From Thermoanaerobaculia bacterium (GTDB lineage: Bacteria; Acidobacteriota; Thermoanaerobaculia; Multivoradales; Multivoraceae), in NCBI GenBank assembly GCA_963666565.1, contig OY762911.1:3360001-3424000 (forward strand): a stretch of 64,000 nt of DNA, in the 5' to 3' direction. The translations under genes and the position numbers were made by a program. The number at the start of each line of letters is the position of its first letter. Within the stretch, counting starts at the first letter, position 1. This document shows, piece by piece, positions 61,806-64,000 of the stretch. The notes beneath the pieces are model-generated. The model searched no databases. It was not told the DNA's origin and was given only the letters and a program-made list of their open reading frames with translations.

Positions 61806-62732
61806 TCAGGCGTCCTCGAGCAGTCGCAGCAACGCCGTCCTCCGCTCCTCGTCGGCGATTCCGCGGAACTTGCGGCGCAGCCGCCGGCGCAGGTACGCCC
61901 GCTCCCATCGCGGCCGGTGGAGGTCGTAGCAACGCAACTGGGAAGCCCGGTAGAACCGCTCGACTTCGGGCGACAGGATTCGAGTCCCGGACGATCCCGT
62001 CGTGGCGCCGCGCAGGTGCCAGGCGCGGGCGCCCTCGACCTGACGCTGGCGCCAGCCCTTCCGCGCCAGCCGCAACCCCAGGTCGGCGTCTTCGAAGTAC
62101 AGGAAGAAACCCTCGTCGAAGCCGCCGACTTCCTCGAACGCGGCTCGCCGCACGAGCAGGCAGGCCGCCGAGAACCAGCCCCGCCCGAGCAGCGGCCGGA
62201 GCAGCCGCGGCAGCAGGCGATGGTTCCAGGCTCCCCCCTCGAACCGGTTGCGAAACCTCTGGACCGCCTCCCCCGGGACGCCGACGGGAGGCGCCCAGAC
62301 GAACTGCGGCGAGCCGTCCGGGTAGTGAAGGGCGGGCGCGGCAACGCCGAGCCGGGAATCGGCGTCGAGCGCTTTCGCCAGCCGCCGCAGGGACGCTCCG
62401 TCGATCCATGCGTCGGGGTTGAGGAGCAGCAGGTGGCGGCCCGAGGCCTCGCGCGCCGCCAGGTTACAGCCGGCGCCGAAACCGAGGTTGCGTTCCGAGA
62501 CGATCGGCCGCAACCGCATCGACGGAACCGGCGCCTCCGCCTGGACGTCCCGGACCGCTCCCTCCGAGCCGTCCGTCGACGCGTTGTCCACGACGATGGC
62601 CTCCAGGCGTCCACGAGGCGGCGGCCATTCCCCGGCCGCCGCGCACAGCCGCTCCAGGCACTCCCGGAGGTGACGCCCGGCGTTGTGATTGACGATCAGG
62701 ACGCTGACCGCGGGTGCGCCGCTTCCCGTCAC
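61806..62732 (-). CDS. GT2 family glycosyltransferase (rhamnosyltransferase-like)
   Basis: VVDNASTDG, NLGFGAGCN, LNPD, FFLYFEDADL. Confidence 0.88.
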   Translation of the reverse strand: MTGSGAPAVSVLIVNHNAGRHLRECLERLCAAAGEWPPPRGRLEAIVVDNASTDGSEGAVRDVQAEAPVPSMRLRPIVSERNLGFGAGCNLAAREASGRHLLLLNPDAWIDGASLRRLAKALDADSRLGVAAPALHYPDGSPQFVWAPPVGVPGEAVQRFRNRFEGGAWNHRLLPRLLRPLLGRGWFSAACLLVRRAAFEEVGGFDEGFFLYFEDADLGLRLARKGWRQRQVEGARAWHLRGATTGSSGTRILSPEVERFYRASQLRCYDLHRPRWERAYLRRRLRRKFRGIADEERRTALLRLLEDA

Positions 62733-63970
62733 GAGGGCCGTCCTCCGGCTGCCCGCCACGCGGTCTCCACTTCGATCGCGAACTGCTCCGCCGCCCGCGC
62801 CCAGGTCAGCGACCGGAGACGCTCCGGTCCCTCGGCCTGGACGGCGCCCCGTGCCTCGCGATCGAACAGCAGCCGCCGCAACCCCTGGGTCACCGCGTCC
62901 ACGTCCAGCCGGTCGCATCGGAGCGGATAGTCGGGCCAGAGTTCGAGCAGCGCCGGCGCGTCCGCCACGAGCGCCGGCACGCCGGCAGCCAGCGACTCGA
63001 GCGGCGGCAGCCCGTAGCCCTCGTACGCGGACACGTAGACCGTCCCGGCGGCGCTCGCGTACAGCTCCGGCAGGATCCGGTCGTCGACATAGCCGGTCCG
63101 GACCACGCGGTCGGCGCAGCCGCTCGTCCGAACCATCCGGTCCAGATCCTCCGGCCGGGGCAACTGGTTGCCGCCGGCGACCACGATCCGAAGCTCGTCG
63201 ACGGCCAACTCGGCCGCGCCGGTCGCCTCCCCGGCCGTCGCCGGCTCTCGCAGCAGCCGGGTCAGGCCCGCCAGCACCAGGTCGAGCCGGCGGCGCGGCA
63301 GGATGGAACCCGGAACCAGCAGGTACGGCCGCCGCACCCCCAGGCTCGTCAGGCTCGCGCTCGCTCCGGCGGCGCCGCGGCGGACCGCGCGTCCGGCCCG
63401 CTCGAAGCGGGGGGACACGCCCAGCGGCGCGACCGCGATCCGCTCCTCCGGCACGCCGTACCGGTTCCGCAGTTCGGCGGCGGTACGGCCCGTGTCGGTC
63501 AGCACCCTGGTCGCCGAGCGGGCGGCGCGGCGCGCGAGAAAGCGCCGACGCCACCTCTCGCGGAAGCCGAAGTCGCGCGGCAGGATCTCGAAGGACACGT
63601 CGTGGATCGTGACGAGAGTGGGTCGAGGGCCCCCGCGAGGAAGGCTGTAACCCGGCGAGAAGAGGATGTCCACGGGTCGCCGCCGGAGAATCCGCGGCAG
63701 CCGGAACTGCTCCCACAGGACCGGATGCGCGCCGGGACGCCCGTCGAACACGGCTTCGCACAAGCGCCCATCCGGCGTCTCCCCGCTCCACAGCGGGTGC
63801 TCGAAGGGATCGCCCCTGAAGAACAGCTTCAGGCGCCAGCCGCGCGCCCGGAGCGTGCCGCGGAGAGCCGCCAGCAGCTCCTCCACGTACCTGCCGACGC
63901 CGGTCGGCGCACCCTCCATCTCGCAGGCGACGACGCCGATGGACTCCGGCCCCGCGGCGCGCCGCGTCAT
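62729..63970 (-). CDS. GT4 family glycosyltransferase (mannosyltransferase-like)
   Basis: TGVGRY, VTIHD, EGYGLPPLE. Confidence 0.88.
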   Translation of the reverse strand: MTRRAAGPESIGVVACEMEGAPTGVGRYVEELLAALRGTLRARGWRLKLFFRGDPFEHPLWSGETPDGRLCEAVFDGRPGAHPVLWEQFRLPRILRRRPVDILFSPGYSLPRGGPRPTLVTIHDVSFEILPRDFGFRERWRRRFLARRAARSATRVLTDTGRTAAELRNRYGVPEERIAVAPLGVSPRFERAGRAVRRGAAGASASLTSLGVRRPYLLVPGSILPRRRLDLVLAGLTRLLREPATAGEATGAAELAVDELRIVVAGGNQLPRPEDLDRMVRTSGCADRVVRTGYVDDRILPELYASAAGTVYVSAYEGYGLPPLESLAAGVPALVADAPALLELWPDYPLRCDRLDVDAVTQGLRRLLFDREARGAVQAEGPERLRSLTWARAAEQFAIEVETAWRAAGGRPS

Positions 63971-64000
63971 CGGGCGCCGACCGCCCGCGAGACGCCGCCG

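Noticed and set aside
63967-64000. Possible 3' end of an upstream gene overlapping the GT4 start (ATGA)
   Set aside because: Only about 10 codons are visible, so it cannot be supported.

Overview
High-GC chromosomal window that is mostly housekeeping. Gene content and signature genes suggest a marine Acidobacteriota (Thermoanaerobaculia-like, possibly sponge-associated) genome, but this is inference only. It contains a complete Na+-translocating NQR locus (nqrABCDEF, apbE, nqrM), valS/birA, rimP-nusA-infB-rbfA-nrnA-truB-rpsO-pnp, larC, radC, speB, two Na+ symporters, thrC, a membrane pseudokinase followed by GT2/GT4/CPBP genes, and a long minus-strand run (GTs, thyA, folA, queG, rpsA, IHF/HU, lpxB, yicC, gmk, rpoZ, coaBC, udg, cysK-like). 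Accessory genes are a Uma2-type nuclease, a DUF4258 toxin-antitoxin-like pair, a frameshifted antitoxin remnant and a secreted M9 collagenase. I found no tRNA, rRNA, CRISPR array, transposase or integrase. The most unexplained structure is non-coding. A family of ~186-bp intergenic hairpin elements has conserved ends (CGTCCAGCC...GGCGGGTRC) and a conserved core, while its long stems differ between copies but stay paired. It occurs as full, nested and minimal forms, interleaved with a REP-like palindrome family. One copy lies next to an orphan gyrB-like fragment. All family assignments come from motif recognition by eye, not from database searches.
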